Positions 45,170 to 54,351 of a DNA stretch of 59,532 bases are shown here, piece after piece. The notes beneath the pieces are model-generated. The model did not search any database, had not been told where the DNA came from, and worked only from the letters and a program-made list of their open reading frames with translations. The stretch's first letter is position 1. Each line of letters opens with the position of its first letter. The translations under genes and the position numbers were made by a program. Source of the stretch: Pyrinomonadaceae bacterium (lineage in GTDB: Bacteria > Acidobacteriota > Blastocatellia > Pyrinomonadales > Pyrinomonadaceae); the NCBI GenBank assembly GCA_035761505.1, contig DASTQX010000475.1:1-59532 (forward strand), given 5' to 3'.

Positions 45170-45294
45170 CAGGAAATCCCCCCTGCCCGTCCCGGTTTGA
45201 CTTGCCCCCTTCGGAAATCGGCGCGGAAAGTTCCTCGACGCGCCGCACAAAGCCCGTTTTTATCTCTCCCTCTCCCGCGTCCGACCGTCCCGGC

Positions 45295-45568
45295 GAGAAA
45301 TAATCGTGCGCCGACGAGAAATAATCGTGTCACGGTCGCTCATAAATCCGTTTTGGTTACTCATAATCGTGTTCAGGTCGCTCATAAATGAGTTTCGGTC
45401 ACTCATAATCGCGTTTCGGTCGCTCATAATCGCGTTTCAGTTGCTCATAATCGTGTTTCGGTCACTCATAATCTTGTGCAGGTCGCTCATAAACACGTTT
45501 CGGTTACTCATAATCTTGTGCAGGCCGCTCATAATCGCGTTTCGGCGAGAAATAATCGTCGTCCGGTC
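45295..45568. repeat. tandem array, 13 units of 20-22 nt (mean 21; higher-order 22+20 = 42-nt period), core GCTCATAATCGYGTTTCGGTC
   Basis: Units delimited by hand. Outer units are the variant GAGAAATAATCGT... (U1, U2, U13) and inner units are (G)CTCATAA(T/A)... The array is AT-richer than its surroundings. Confidence 0.9.
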
Positions 45569-45630
45569 GCGTAGAGGCTCGCGCGGGTGACGTGGAGGCC
45601 GCGCATGGTTCGGCGGAGTGGCGTGCTGAC

Positions 45631-45654
45631 GAGAAATAATCGTCGTCCGGGGCC
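45631..45654. repeat. orphan copy of the GAGAAATAATCGTCGTCCGG unit
   Basis: Its first 20 nt are identical to the first 20 nt of unit 13 (45547-45566). It lies 62 nt beyond the array and 4 nt from the nadB stop. Confidence 0.8.
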
Positions 45655-45658
45655 GCTT

Positions 45659-47269
45659 TCACGCGTTCAACTCGACCGAAGTTGAATCCGGCGAGAAATC
45701 AATCGAGGGGCTTGAGGTCAGCCCGGCGTCCTTTTGAATGACGGAGTGGACGCGCCAGCGTTCGTCGTCGCGCCGGGGGAAATCTACCCGGTGGTGGCCG
45801 CCCCGCGACTCTTCGCGCCAGAGCGCGGAGCGCGCGACGAGCTGCGCGACCGACAGAAAGTTGCGCGCGGCGGGACGGAGCGGGGCGCGCGCAATCTGCT
45901 CGAACTCCGAGAGCGCGCGCGTCAAAGAGTGGCGCGAGCGGAGGATACCGACGCGCTCCCACATCAGGCGGCGGACGCGCTTGCGCACCGCGAGCATCGC
46001 CGCGCTCAGGCGAACCGCATCATCCGCCGCCGCCTCGTCCTCTTCTTCCAAAAACTTCGGAGCCGAGTCCGGCTCGCCCGTCCAGTCCGCCGCCGCCGCG
46101 CGTCCCGCGCGCGCGCCGAAGACGAGCCCTTCGAGCAGGGAGTTCGAGGCCAAGCGGTTCGCGCCGTGGACGCCCGTGCAGGCCACTTCGCCCGCCGCGT
46201 AGAGGCCGGGGAGCGTGGCCCGCCCGTCGAGGTCTGTGCGGACGCCGCCCATGATGTAATGTGCGGCGGGGCTCACGGGAATCGGTTCCCGCGTCAGGTC
46301 GAGCCCGTACCGCAAGCAGGTGCGGTAGATTTTCGGGAAGCGCCGCCGGAGGTGTCGCGCCTCAAAAGCCGTCATGTCGAGAAAGACCGTGCGGGTCGCG
46401 GTGCGCTCCATCTCGGCGACGATGGCGCGCGTCACCACGTCGCGCGGCGCGAGTTCCGCCCGCTCGTGGTAACGCGGCATGAAACGCTTGCCCGCGTCGT
46501 TGCGGAGCACGCCGCCCTCTCCGCGCAAAGCCTCGGAGAGCAGGAAGCGCGGCGCACCTTCGACGTTGAGGGCCGTCGGATGAAACTGCACGAACTCCAT
46601 GTCGGCCAACTCCGCGCCCGCCTCGTAGGCCATCGCCATCCCGTCGCCCGTCGCCACCTCCGGGTTCGTCGTGTGCTGGAAGAGTTGCCCCGCGCCGCCC
46701 GACGCGAGCACCACCGCGCGCGCCCGCAAAGTCCTCGGCGCGCGCACCAAAGGGTCGAGGTAGCGCACGCCCCGGACTCGCCCTTCTTCGACGACGAGCG
46801 ATTGCGTCGCCGCGTGCGCGAGGAAAGAGATGTTGCGCTCGCGGCCCGCGCGCGCGAGCAGTGCGCGGACGATCTCGTGCCCCGTCGCGTCGCCCTGCGC
46901 GTGGAGGATGCGCGGGCGCGAGTGCGCCGCCTCGCGCGTGAAGAGAAGCTGGCCGCCCTCTCTGTCGAACTCCGCGCCCCACTCGATGAGTTCTTCGATG
47001 TAGCGCCGCCCGTCCGTGACGAGCACCGAGACGGCGCGCTCGTCGCAGAGACCGGCCCCGGCGGCGGCGGTGTCCTCTTCGTGCAGCGAAGCCTCGTCGT
47101 CCTCCGAGAGCGCCACGGCGATTCCGCCCTGCGCGTATTCGGTGTTCGACTCCTCGCGCCGCTCCTTCGTCAACACGGTCACGCGAGCCCCCGCGCGCGC
47201 CAACTCGACCGCCGCGCGCAGCCCCGCGATACCGCTCCCGACGACGACGAAATCAGTTTCTAAAGACAT
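45659..47269 (-). CDS. nadB: L-aspartate oxidase
   Basis: 536 aa. FAD motif DFVVVGSGIAGL. HYIMGGV motif. Succinate dehydrogenase/fumarate reductase flavoprotein-like architecture of NadB length. Confidence 0.9.
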   Translation of the reverse strand: MSLETDFVVVGSGIAGLRAAVELARAGARVTVLTKERREESNTEYAQGGIAVALSEDDEASLHEEDTAAAGAGLCDERAVSVLVTDGRRYIEELIEWGAEFDREGGQLLFTREAAHSRPRILHAQGDATGHEIVRALLARAGRERNISFLAHAATQSLVVEEGRVRGVRYLDPLVRAPRTLRARAVVLASGGAGQLFQHTTNPEVATGDGMAMAYEAGAELADMEFVQFHPTALNVEGAPRFLLSEALRGEGGVLRNDAGKRFMPRYHERAELAPRDVVTRAIVAEMERTATRTVFLDMTAFEARHLRRRFPKIYRTCLRYGLDLTREPIPVSPAAHYIMGGVRTDLDGRATLPGLYAAGEVACTGVHGANRLASNSLLEGLVFGARAGRAAAADWTGEPDSAPKFLEEEDEAAADDAVRLSAAMLAVRKRVRRLMWERVGILRSRHSLTRALSEFEQIARAPLRPAARNFLSVAQLVARSALWREESRGGHHRVDFPRRDDERWRVHSVIQKDAGLTSSPSIDFSPDSTSVELNA

Positions 47270-47510
47270 TGGCCTCCGGCAATCCCGCCCTCTCGAAACC
47301 TGTTCAGTCTTTTGACGTGGATTCTAACAACCCGAAGGGGGGCGGGCAATGTTGCGCGCCCGGCGCGGAGCGCGCTAAAATGCGGCGCAGTTCATCCCGT
47401 TCCCGGAAAAATAAAACACGCGGATCAGCCCGGCGCAGTTGCCGACGCAACCCGCGCGCCGTCCAACGCGCCGTCGCTTTCGCGCCCGAATAACGGAGGG
47501 AGACTTCACT

Positions 47511-50500
47511 ATGCTTTGCAAACGTCTGCTGGCGATTATCGTCGCCGCACTGCTCCTCGCGCCGGGCCTTCCGGCATTCGCGCAGAAGGGCAAGGCCCGC
47601 AAGGCCGGCTCTTCCGCGGCGGCGCAGAAGCGCACTCTGCCGCCGATCAACGTCTCGGAGTTCACGCTCCCCAACGGCCTGCGCGTCATCCTGCACGAAG
47701 ACCACTCGACGCCCATCGTCGCCGTCAACGTCTGGTATCACGTCGGGTCGAAGAACGAGGTGCCGGGCCGCACCGGCTTCGCGCACCTCTTCGAGCACAT
47801 GATGTTTCAGGGCTCGAAGAACTACAACAACGACTACTTCAAGCCGTTGCAGGAGGCCGGGGCCGCTTTGAACGGCTCGACCAACCCCGACCGTACCAAC
47901 TACTGGGAAGTGCTGCCCGCGAACTTCCTCGAACTCGGCATCTTTATGGAGGCCGACCGCATGGGCGGGCTCCTCCCGGCGATGACCGAGGAGAAGCTCG
48001 CCAACCAGCGCGACGTGGTGAAGAACGAGAAGCGGCAGCGCATAGACAACCAGCCTTACGGCATGGTCTCGGCCAAGATTAACGAGACGCTCTACCCGCC
48101 CGACCACCCGTACCACTGGCTGACCATCGGCTCGCTCGAAGACCTCACCGCCGCCTCGATGGAGGACGTGCAGGGCTTCTTCCGCACCTACTACGTGCCG
48201 AACAACGCGAGCCTCGTCATCGCCGGTGACTTCGACCCGGCGGAGGCCCGCCGTCTGGTCGAGAAATACTTCGGCCCCATCCCGCGCGGCGGCGAGATCA
48301 AGCGGCCCACGCCCCCGCAGCCCAAGCTCGCAAAGGAGACGCGCATCGAACTCGACGACCGCGTTCAACTCCCGCGCGTCTATATGGTCTGGCCCTCCGT
48401 CCCCGCCTACGCGAAGGACGAGGCGACGCTCGACACGCTGGCGAACATCCTCGGCGGCGGCAAGAGTTCCCGCCTCTACAAGTCGCTCATTTACGACAAG
48501 CAGATCGCGCAGCAGGTCTCGGCCTTCCACCCGACGGGCGAGATTGCGGGCACCTTCAACATCGTCGTCACGGGCAAGCCCGGCACGACGCCCGCGCAAC
48601 TCGAAGAGGCCGTCAACGCCGAACTGGCGAGGATGTTGGCCGCGCCGCCGAGCGCGCAGGAGGTCGAGCGCGCCTACAACTCGCGCGAGGCTTCGTTCAT
48701 CTACGGGCTCCAAACCGTCGGCGGCTTCGGCGGCAAGGACGACCAGCTCAACGCCTACGCCACCTACCTCAAGAAGCCCGTCTATTTCGAGCAAGACCTT
48801 TCGCGTTACCGCGCCGTCCGCGCGGCTGACGTGCACCGCGCCGCCAAGACGTACCTGACCGACAAGCGCTTGATCGTGACGGTCGTGCCGCGCGCCGCCG
48901 GGGCGTCGAGCGCCGCCGGGCCCGCGCCGCAGAGCCCGCGCGAAGCCATCGCCCCGGCGGCGGCGCAAACCGCCGGGCAGACGCAGGCGGGCGCGGCCAA
49001 CGCCGCCTCGCAGACGCCGCGCACGGGCACGGCTTCCGGCACGGGCGCTTCCACCGACACGCCCGCCGGCACGCAGCCGCAGACCAAGACCGAGGCCGCC
49101 GCTTCGCAGCCCGCGGGGGCCGCGCCGCCCGCCTCTTCCGCCCCGGCCACCGCGCCGCGCCCCGCCGCCGGAGGCGGCCAGAGCATGACGCGCGCCGCGA
49201 AGAAGCCGGAGAAGATTGTTGACTCTTCAAAGCTGCCGAAGCCGGGGCCGAACCCGACGTTCCGGCTCCCGCCGCCCACGCGGCGCGTGCTCTCGAACGG
49301 GATGGAAGTCCTCGTCGTCGAGCACCACGAGTTGCCCATCGTCAACATGAACCTCGTGATGAAGATGGGCGCGGCGGGCGACCCCGAAGGCAAGGCCGGT
49401 CTTGCGACGCTCACCGCCGACATGATGGACGAGGGGACGAAGACGCGCTCGGCGCTCGACATCTCCGACCAGCTCAGCCACATCGGCTCGAACGTGAGCG
49501 TCAACTCCGGCTGGGACTCGACCTCGGCGAGCCTGACGACGCTCACGCGCCACATGGATCGCGCGCTCGAAATCTACTCGGACATCGTGCTCAACCCGGC
49601 CTTCCCGGAGAAGGAGCTTTCGCGGCTCCGCGCGACGCGCATGGCCTCGTTCCGGCAGCGCCGCGACGACCCGAACAGCATCGCCAACATGGTCTATGCG
49701 TCGCTGCTCTACGGCCCGAAGCATCCTTACGGGCGACCACTGACGGGCGACGAGCACTCGCTCGAGTCCATCACGGGCGAGGACGTGCGGAAGTTCTACG
49801 AGACCTTCTATCGCCCGAACAACTCGACGCTCATCGTCGTCGGCGACGTGACGCCGGACGCCGTGGTGGCGAAGCTCGAACGCGCCTTCGGCAAGTGGGA
49901 GAAGGGACACGTCCCGGCGGTTGACGTGTCGGCGGCAGCCGTCGCGCGCGACCGCACCAACGTCTATGTCGTTGACCGGCCCGGCTCCGCACAGTCGGTC
50001 ATCCAGATCGGCCACGTCGGCGTGCCGCGCTCGAACCCCGACTACTTCCCGCTCCTCGTCCTGAACACGATGCTCGGCGGGCAGTTCACCTCGCGCATTA
50101 ACATGAACCTGCGCGAGGACAAGGGCTACACCTACGGCGCGCGCTCGTCGTTCGACTTCCGGCGCGGGTCAGGGCCGTTCACGGCCTCCGCGCCCGTCGT
50201 GACGGCGGCGACGAAGGAGTCCGTCATCGAGTTCATGAAGGAGTTGCGCGGCATCCGCGGCGAGATTCCCGTCACGACCGAGGAGCTTGAGTTCTCGAAG
50301 CAGGCCATCATTCGCGGCTTCCCGCGCAGCTTCGAGACGCCGGGGCAGATCGCCGACCGCATGGAGACAGTCGTCACCTACGGCCTGCCCGAAACCTACT
50401 ACAACACCTACATCGAGCGCGTGAACGCCGTCACGCTCGAAGACATCAACCGCGTCGCCAACCGCTACATCCAGCCCTCGCAGATGGCGGTCGTCATCGT

Positions 50501-50633
50501 CGGCGACCGCAAGGTCATCGAGCAGGGCTTGCGCTCGATTGACGAACTCGGCGAACGCATCTCCTTCATTGACGCCGAAGGCCGCCCCGCCACTTCCGGC
50601 GGCGCGTCGAGCGGCGGCGCGATGAGGCACTAA
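47511..50633 (+). CDS. fused two-module M16 peptidase (catalytic HxxEH half + non-catalytic half joined by a low-complexity linker)
   Basis: ATG 47511 follows GGAGGGA. Signal peptide MLCKRLLAIIVAALLLAPGLPAFAQ. HLFEHMMFQGS is in the first half. An Ala/Gly/Pro/Thr/Gln linker of about 100 aa follows. The second M16 module lacks HxxEH. Confidence 0.88.
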   Translation: MLCKRLLAIIVAALLLAPGLPAFAQKGKARKAGSSAAAQKRTLPPINVSEFTLPNGLRVILHEDHSTPIVAVNVWYHVGSKNEVPGRTGFAHLFEHMMFQGSKNYNNDYFKPLQEAGAALNGSTNPDRTNYWEVLPANFLELGIFMEADRMGGLLPAMTEEKLANQRDVVKNEKRQRIDNQPYGMVSAKINETLYPPDHPYHWLTIGSLEDLTAASMEDVQGFFRTYYVPNNASLVIAGDFDPAEARRLVEKYFGPIPRGGEIKRPTPPQPKLAKETRIELDDRVQLPRVYMVWPSVPAYAKDEATLDTLANILGGGKSSRLYKSLIYDKQIAQQVSAFHPTGEIAGTFNIVVTGKPGTTPAQLEEAVNAELARMLAAPPSAQEVERAYNSREASFIYGLQTVGGFGGKDDQLNAYATYLKKPVYFEQDLSRYRAVRAADVHRAAKTYLTDKRLIVTVVPRAAGASSAAGPAPQSPREAIAPAAAQTAGQTQAGAANAASQTPRTGTASGTGASTDTPAGTQPQTKTEAAASQPAGAAPPASSAPATAPRPAAGGGQSMTRAAKKPEKIVDSSKLPKPGPNPTFRLPPPTRRVLSNGMEVLVVEHHELPIVNMNLVMKMGAAGDPEGKAGLATLTADMMDEGTKTRSALDISDQLSHIGSNVSVNSGWDSTSASLTTLTRHMDRALEIYSDIVLNPAFPEKELSRLRATRMASFRQRRDDPNSIANMVYASLLYGPKHPYGRPLTGDEHSLESITGEDVRKFYETFYRPNNSTLIVVGDVTPDAVVAKLERAFGKWEKGHVPAVDVSAAAVARDRTNVYVVDRPGSAQSVIQIGHVGVPRSNPDYFPLLVLNTMLGGQFTSRINMNLREDKGYTYGARSSFDFRRGSGPFTASAPVVTAATKESVIEFMKELRGIRGEIPVTTEELEFSKQAIIRGFPRSFETPGQIADRMETVVTYGLPETYYNTYIERVNAVTLEDINRVANRYIQPSQMAVVIVGDRKVIEQGLRSIDELGERISFIDAEGRPATSGGASSGGAMRH

Positions 50634-50739
50634 CCCGCCTTCAGCCCGCGCGCGAGGGACGCGGGCTGAAGGCTCAGTCCAAACGGAAGGGGGCGTGGCC
50701 CACGCGGGCCACGCCCCCTTCCGCTCGTGTGCCGGGCGA

Positions 50740-52308
50740 CTACCGGCTGCTGACTAAGAACACGTCCCACGCCCAGCGCCCGAGCTGCGCGCCGCGCTCG
50801 TCCCTCACCTTCGCGCGGAAGCGGAACCAGTTCCCGTGCTCGTCCCTCCGCTTCGACTCCTTGTAGCGGACTTCGATGGAACTCAGGCCGAGCTGCGGCA
50901 GCGTGGACAGCTCGCCCGCCTCGGAGACGCCGTTGTGGTTCACGTCCCGCCACAGGCGCAGGGAGGAGAAGACGGCGTCCTCTTCACTGATCTTCCCGTC
51001 GTCGTTACCGCCGCCCTCCGGCCTGTCGTACACGGCGAGCGCGTGGAAGCCGTTTCTGATGACGCCCGGCGGCGGCTGTGGCTGTGGCGTAAAGTTGCCG
51101 AACAACTCCCGACCGTCGTCTATCGTCCCGTCGCCGTCGCGGTCGAGTGCGAGCCAAGCGTCGTCCGAGCCCGCGTACGTCCAAGACAGGTGCTCCGGCG
51201 TGCCGTCGCTGTTGAGGTCGAAGTTGACGCCTTCCGCCGCGCCGGTGAGGGCGAACCCGTCCCCCTGCGTGTCCACGAGGACGGGGGAGATGAGGCAGCG
51301 GTTCCAGCAGACGAACTCCTGACTGTCGGTCAGCCCGTCGCAGTCGTTGTCCACGTTGTCATCGCAGATGGTGCAGTCATTGGTGTCTATCCAAGGGTCT
51401 TCAATCGTCTGGAAGGAGCAAGTCCCGCCGGGGCCGGTCTGGCACCCGGTGGTCACGAACGGGTTGAGGTCGTTACAGTCGCCGTCGCAGCCCGTCAAGC
51501 CGTCCTCGTCGAAATCCATCGGGGAACACTCGTTCGGCTCGTCGCCGCGGTCGTTCAGGTAGTTCAGCGTACACGTGGCGCGGTTGAAGGCGTTGTGTTG
51601 AGCGGCGTCCACGTCGCGCGCGTGAATCGTGTTGGTGTAGCGGTGGCCGGTCAAGCCGTACCCGGACATGATGGTGTACTCCGGGTCGGTGCAGCCGTTC
51701 GCGTTCCCGGCGTTGAGGGGGTGGCCCAATTCGTGTTTGATAGTGCCGCACCTCTCCGTGTGGGTCCAGCCCGAGTCGCTCATGGTGGGCGTCAGTCTCA
51801 TGATATACGGCGGGGCGGGCGTGCTGGAGATGGAGGCATAGTCGGACACCTCCGGCTGTTCCCGCCGGATGACGATCTGGGCGTTCGATGCGTTCTGGTC
51901 TATCACGAAGAAGTAAGGCACGGTTCCCCCGTTCGTCCCCCGCGCCGTGTTCCACCCGCTGAGGGCGCAGCGGACGGCGTGGTAAATGGAAGGCTCGATG
52001 ATCTGCCCGCCGTTGGAGTCCGGGCCACTGCTCCACGTGAGACCGGGGGTGGTGTCGAAGCGGACTCGGACGACGAGGCGGTTGTCGTTGGTGCAGGTCG
52101 GACAACTGGCGGCGGTGCAGCCCGGACAGTCGGCGGTGGTGCAGTCGCAGTTGGGCTCCGGGGGTAACTGGTGCGCCTGCTTGTCCGAGGTCATCGGGGC
52201 GCGGTCGCTGTAGCAGGGGGGGCAGTTGCCGGTTTGAGTCTGAGACACGTCCGAGCCCGTCAGCATGGCGGCAAGGCACACTCCGACCGTGAGGAGAAGT
52301 CGTTTCAT
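50740..52308 (-). CDS. secreted Cys-rich protein: zincin-like HExxH module + Cys/Asp-rich metal-binding repeats + Ca-binding (EF-hand/hemolysin-N-like) C-terminal region
   Basis: 522 aa. Signal peptide MKRLLLTVGVCLAAMLTG. IKHELGHPL (HExxH). Repeats DEDGLTGCDGDCNDLNP and CDDNVDNDCDGLTD. The C-terminus has DLNSDG...LDRDGDGTIDDGRELFG...WRDVNHNGVSEAGEL. Confidence 0.75.
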   Translation of the reverse strand: MKRLLLTVGVCLAAMLTGSDVSQTQTGNCPPCYSDRAPMTSDKQAHQLPPEPNCDCTTADCPGCTAASCPTCTNDNRLVVRVRFDTTPGLTWSSGPDSNGGQIIEPSIYHAVRCALSGWNTARGTNGGTVPYFFVIDQNASNAQIVIRREQPEVSDYASISSTPAPPYIMRLTPTMSDSGWTHTERCGTIKHELGHPLNAGNANGCTDPEYTIMSGYGLTGHRYTNTIHARDVDAAQHNAFNRATCTLNYLNDRGDEPNECSPMDFDEDGLTGCDGDCNDLNPFVTTGCQTGPGGTCSFQTIEDPWIDTNDCTICDDNVDNDCDGLTDSQEFVCWNRCLISPVLVDTQGDGFALTGAAEGVNFDLNSDGTPEHLSWTYAGSDDAWLALDRDGDGTIDDGRELFGNFTPQPQPPPGVIRNGFHALAVYDRPEGGGNDDGKISEEDAVFSSLRLWRDVNHNGVSEAGELSTLPQLGLSSIEVRYKESKRRDEHGNWFRFRAKVRDERGAQLGRWAWDVFLVSSR

Positions 52309-52349
52309 CAGCCTCCGTCCTTCCTTACTTGATGAGGTTGAGGGTAAGG

Positions 52350-53042
52350 CTAGCTCTCTCTGTCCTTCAGGTGCTGTTTGAGTTTTCCAGCCGAGGAGTC
52401 GAACCGTTGCTTGATGAAATCTTTGAACCGGTGCGGGCGCTCGTTGACGGACTCCAGCGTCTCGTCGTCGCCGACGGTGAAGACGGCTTCGGGGCCGACG
52501 AGCAATGCGGCCATGTCGTTAGGTTCGTTCAGTAAAAACAGGAGATACTTTTTATCCTCAGCAAAGAGCGGGAATCTCGCCGGGCTCCGTGACATCGAGA
52601 GTGTTACGCCGTCAATGATCACCGTTCCGACAGAGCGCGCTACCACGAATTCGTCGTCCTCTACCGGCAACAGTTCTTCGGGGGGGGCGCGGTCGGGACA
52701 CCGCTGCAAGCAGGGCGTACCCTCCGCCAGCGTCTCGACGACCTTGAATTTGTACCACGTCGTAATCCCCGAATCGCCGCTCACCTTAGTGACCGAAGCT
52801 ACGGGCCGCGCGATGACCGTGGTGGAATACGAGATTATCTCTTCGGGTGATGCGTCCGCGCCCAGATAGTCCATGAAGTCGCCCGCGACGGTGGCCTCGT
52901 CCTTCCCTTCCGCCTTCGCCTTCTCCACGTGCCAACGCAGGGAGTTGGGCCGCGCGGGCTCCTGCAACTTCTTCAGCGCGGGCAGCGCCACGATGAGCGA
53001 ACTCACAGTTAGTCCCAGTATTACCAGAAGCACCTTGATCAT
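52350..53042 (-). CDS. hypothetical membrane-anchored protein (no family recognised)
   Basis: Start is taken at MIKVLLVILGLTVSSLIVALPAL (rc of 53040-53042); the track start is 53120. Sampled G+C is lower (~57%). It ends 41 nt upstream of the Cys-rich protein gene. Confidence 0.6.
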   Translation of the reverse strand: MIKVLLVILGLTVSSLIVALPALKKLQEPARPNSLRWHVEKAKAEGKDEATVAGDFMDYLGADASPEEIISYSTTVIARPVASVTKVSGDSGITTWYKFKVVETLAEGTPCLQRCPDRAPPEELLPVEDDEFVVARSVGTVIIDGVTLSMSRSPARFPLFAEDKKYLLFLLNEPNDMAALLVGPEAVFTVGDDETLESVNERPHRFKDFIKQRFDSSAGKLKQHLKDRES

Positions 53043-53288
53043 GAGGTCTCTTCTCCGGTTCGGCCACTGTGAAATGCGTGAGGCCAGTCTGCCGCCAGAA
53101 ATGCGCGGGAGCAGTTTCATACATCACCCCGGGCGTTCGGAAACCGTGAAGTCCCTGAGAGGGTCCAGCGCGACGCGCCGTCTGGGGGTCTTATTTATGA
53201 TAATGCTTGGGCGAGGGTTTGAGAATCGAAGCCTAAGACGAATCCGATCATCTGAGGGTATCACCCGGAGGATGTCAAGTGACGCGGC

Positions 53289-53317
53289 TTTATACACCCA
53301 TCAATTTTAAGTGTCAA
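53289..53317 (-). promoter_or_regulatory. putative sigma70 promoter TTGACA-N17-TATAAA on the minus strand in an AT-rich spacer
   Basis: The -35 is rc of 53312-53317 and the -10 is rc of 53289-53294. One sampled 60-nt line here is about 33% G+C. It is oriented toward the 52350-53042 gene. Confidence 0.45.
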
Positions 53318-53369
53318 GGGTATAATTTATATATATAGCCAACGCCCGACGACCTCCATTTACCCCGGC

Positions 53370-53393
53370 AAAAAAATCCGGCTCGGCAGCCGG
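53370..53393 (-). terminator. rho-independent terminator (minus strand)
   Basis: Minus-strand reading is CCGGCT-gccg-AGCCGG followed by ATTTTTTT. It lies about 75 nt downstream of the stop at 53466. Confidence 0.55.
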
Positions 53394-53465
53394 GAGAAGC
53401 AGAAGCACCTTTTTTAAAGCCCGCGCCGGAAGAATTACTCCGGCGGCCAAGCCCAAGACTGACTG

Positions 53466-54159
53466 TCAGCGCGGCGCGACCTGCCTGACCAGCAGCACGA
53501 GGATGATGGCCTCGTCGGCGCGGCTGGTGGTGATGGTGCTGACGAGCGCGGGCTCGTCGTCGCGCACATTCAGTTCGGTGGAGACGCTCGCGTCCTCGTG
53601 GTTGATGACGGGGAAGTCCGTGGCATCGCCGCTACTGCTGTTGGCGCGGACTGTCCCGGTGACGACGGGGATACGCATGCCGAAGCGGAAGCCGCGCACC
53701 TCGACGAAGGGCTGGCCCGCGGAAGTCTTGTCGGCCCTCAGCCTCTGAATCCTGAACTCGTAGGAGGTCGAGCTTTTCGGCGTCCCCGGCGGGGATTCCC
53801 GTCAGCGGGGCGCCGCTGATGCCGCGCACCTCCAGAGAGCCGCCGTCGCGCACGCGGTAGATGAGCGTCAAGGCCAGACGGTAGCCCGCGAAGGGCAACG
53901 AAGACCTGAGTCGCCGGGACACGCCCTCCAAGAACTGCGTCAGGGCTCCCCTCTGCGCCGCGCCGTCGTTCGTGCCGACGAGCATGTAGAGGTGTACGTC
54001 GTGATTCGTGTCGTCGCGCCGCGCGGGAGCAGCCGCCGCGGGCCTCGCCTGCGCGTCCTCCGGCTGCTGCTGCTCCTGCGCCGCCGCGGTCTGGAGTCCC
54101 GCGCACCAGCAGACGAGTGTGAAGAGGAAGACGGCTGAGCGCCGTTCGAGCTTGGACAT
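53466..54159 (-). pseudogene. secreted hypothetical protein interrupted by a frameshift (or sequencing error) near 53770-53805
   Basis: Track ORFs 53632..54159 and 53466..53699 are two frames of one gene. The upstream frame turns into an Arg-rich tail after ...GIPAGDAEK. The other frame opens after a TGA at ~53806 and reads SSTSYEFRIQRLRADKTSAGQPFVEVRGFRFGMRIPVVTG... SLEVRGISG and FVEVRGFRFG look like an internal repeat across the junction. Confidence 0.5.
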
Positions 54160-54351
54160 CGGAAGCGGCCCTTCTGTCGGAGAGCGTCCGACGAGCGTTC
54201 CTTTCGAGTTGACGCCGGAGAGCGTGGGGACGCCCGCCGCGACGCGGGGACGCGCTCGCCACTCTCCGACGCCCCCACACGCTCCGGCCCCGGCCTCTCG
54301 TGGAGCCGGGTCAGGTGTCTGTTGTCACGCCGCACAACGGACAAAGTTGCA

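Noticed and set aside
45306-45590. 94-aa ORF (FRSLIIA heptad repeats) across the 21-nt tandem array.
   Set aside because: The frame is kept open only because 22+20-nt units sum to 42 nt. There is no RBS, the composition is extreme, and it sits between two minus-strand genes. I treat it as a DNA repeat, though translation is not formally excluded.
45295-45654. Possibility that the tandem array is a CRISPR array.
   Set aside because: Units are 20-22 nt and directly abut each other with no unique spacers. No cas genes or leader are nearby.
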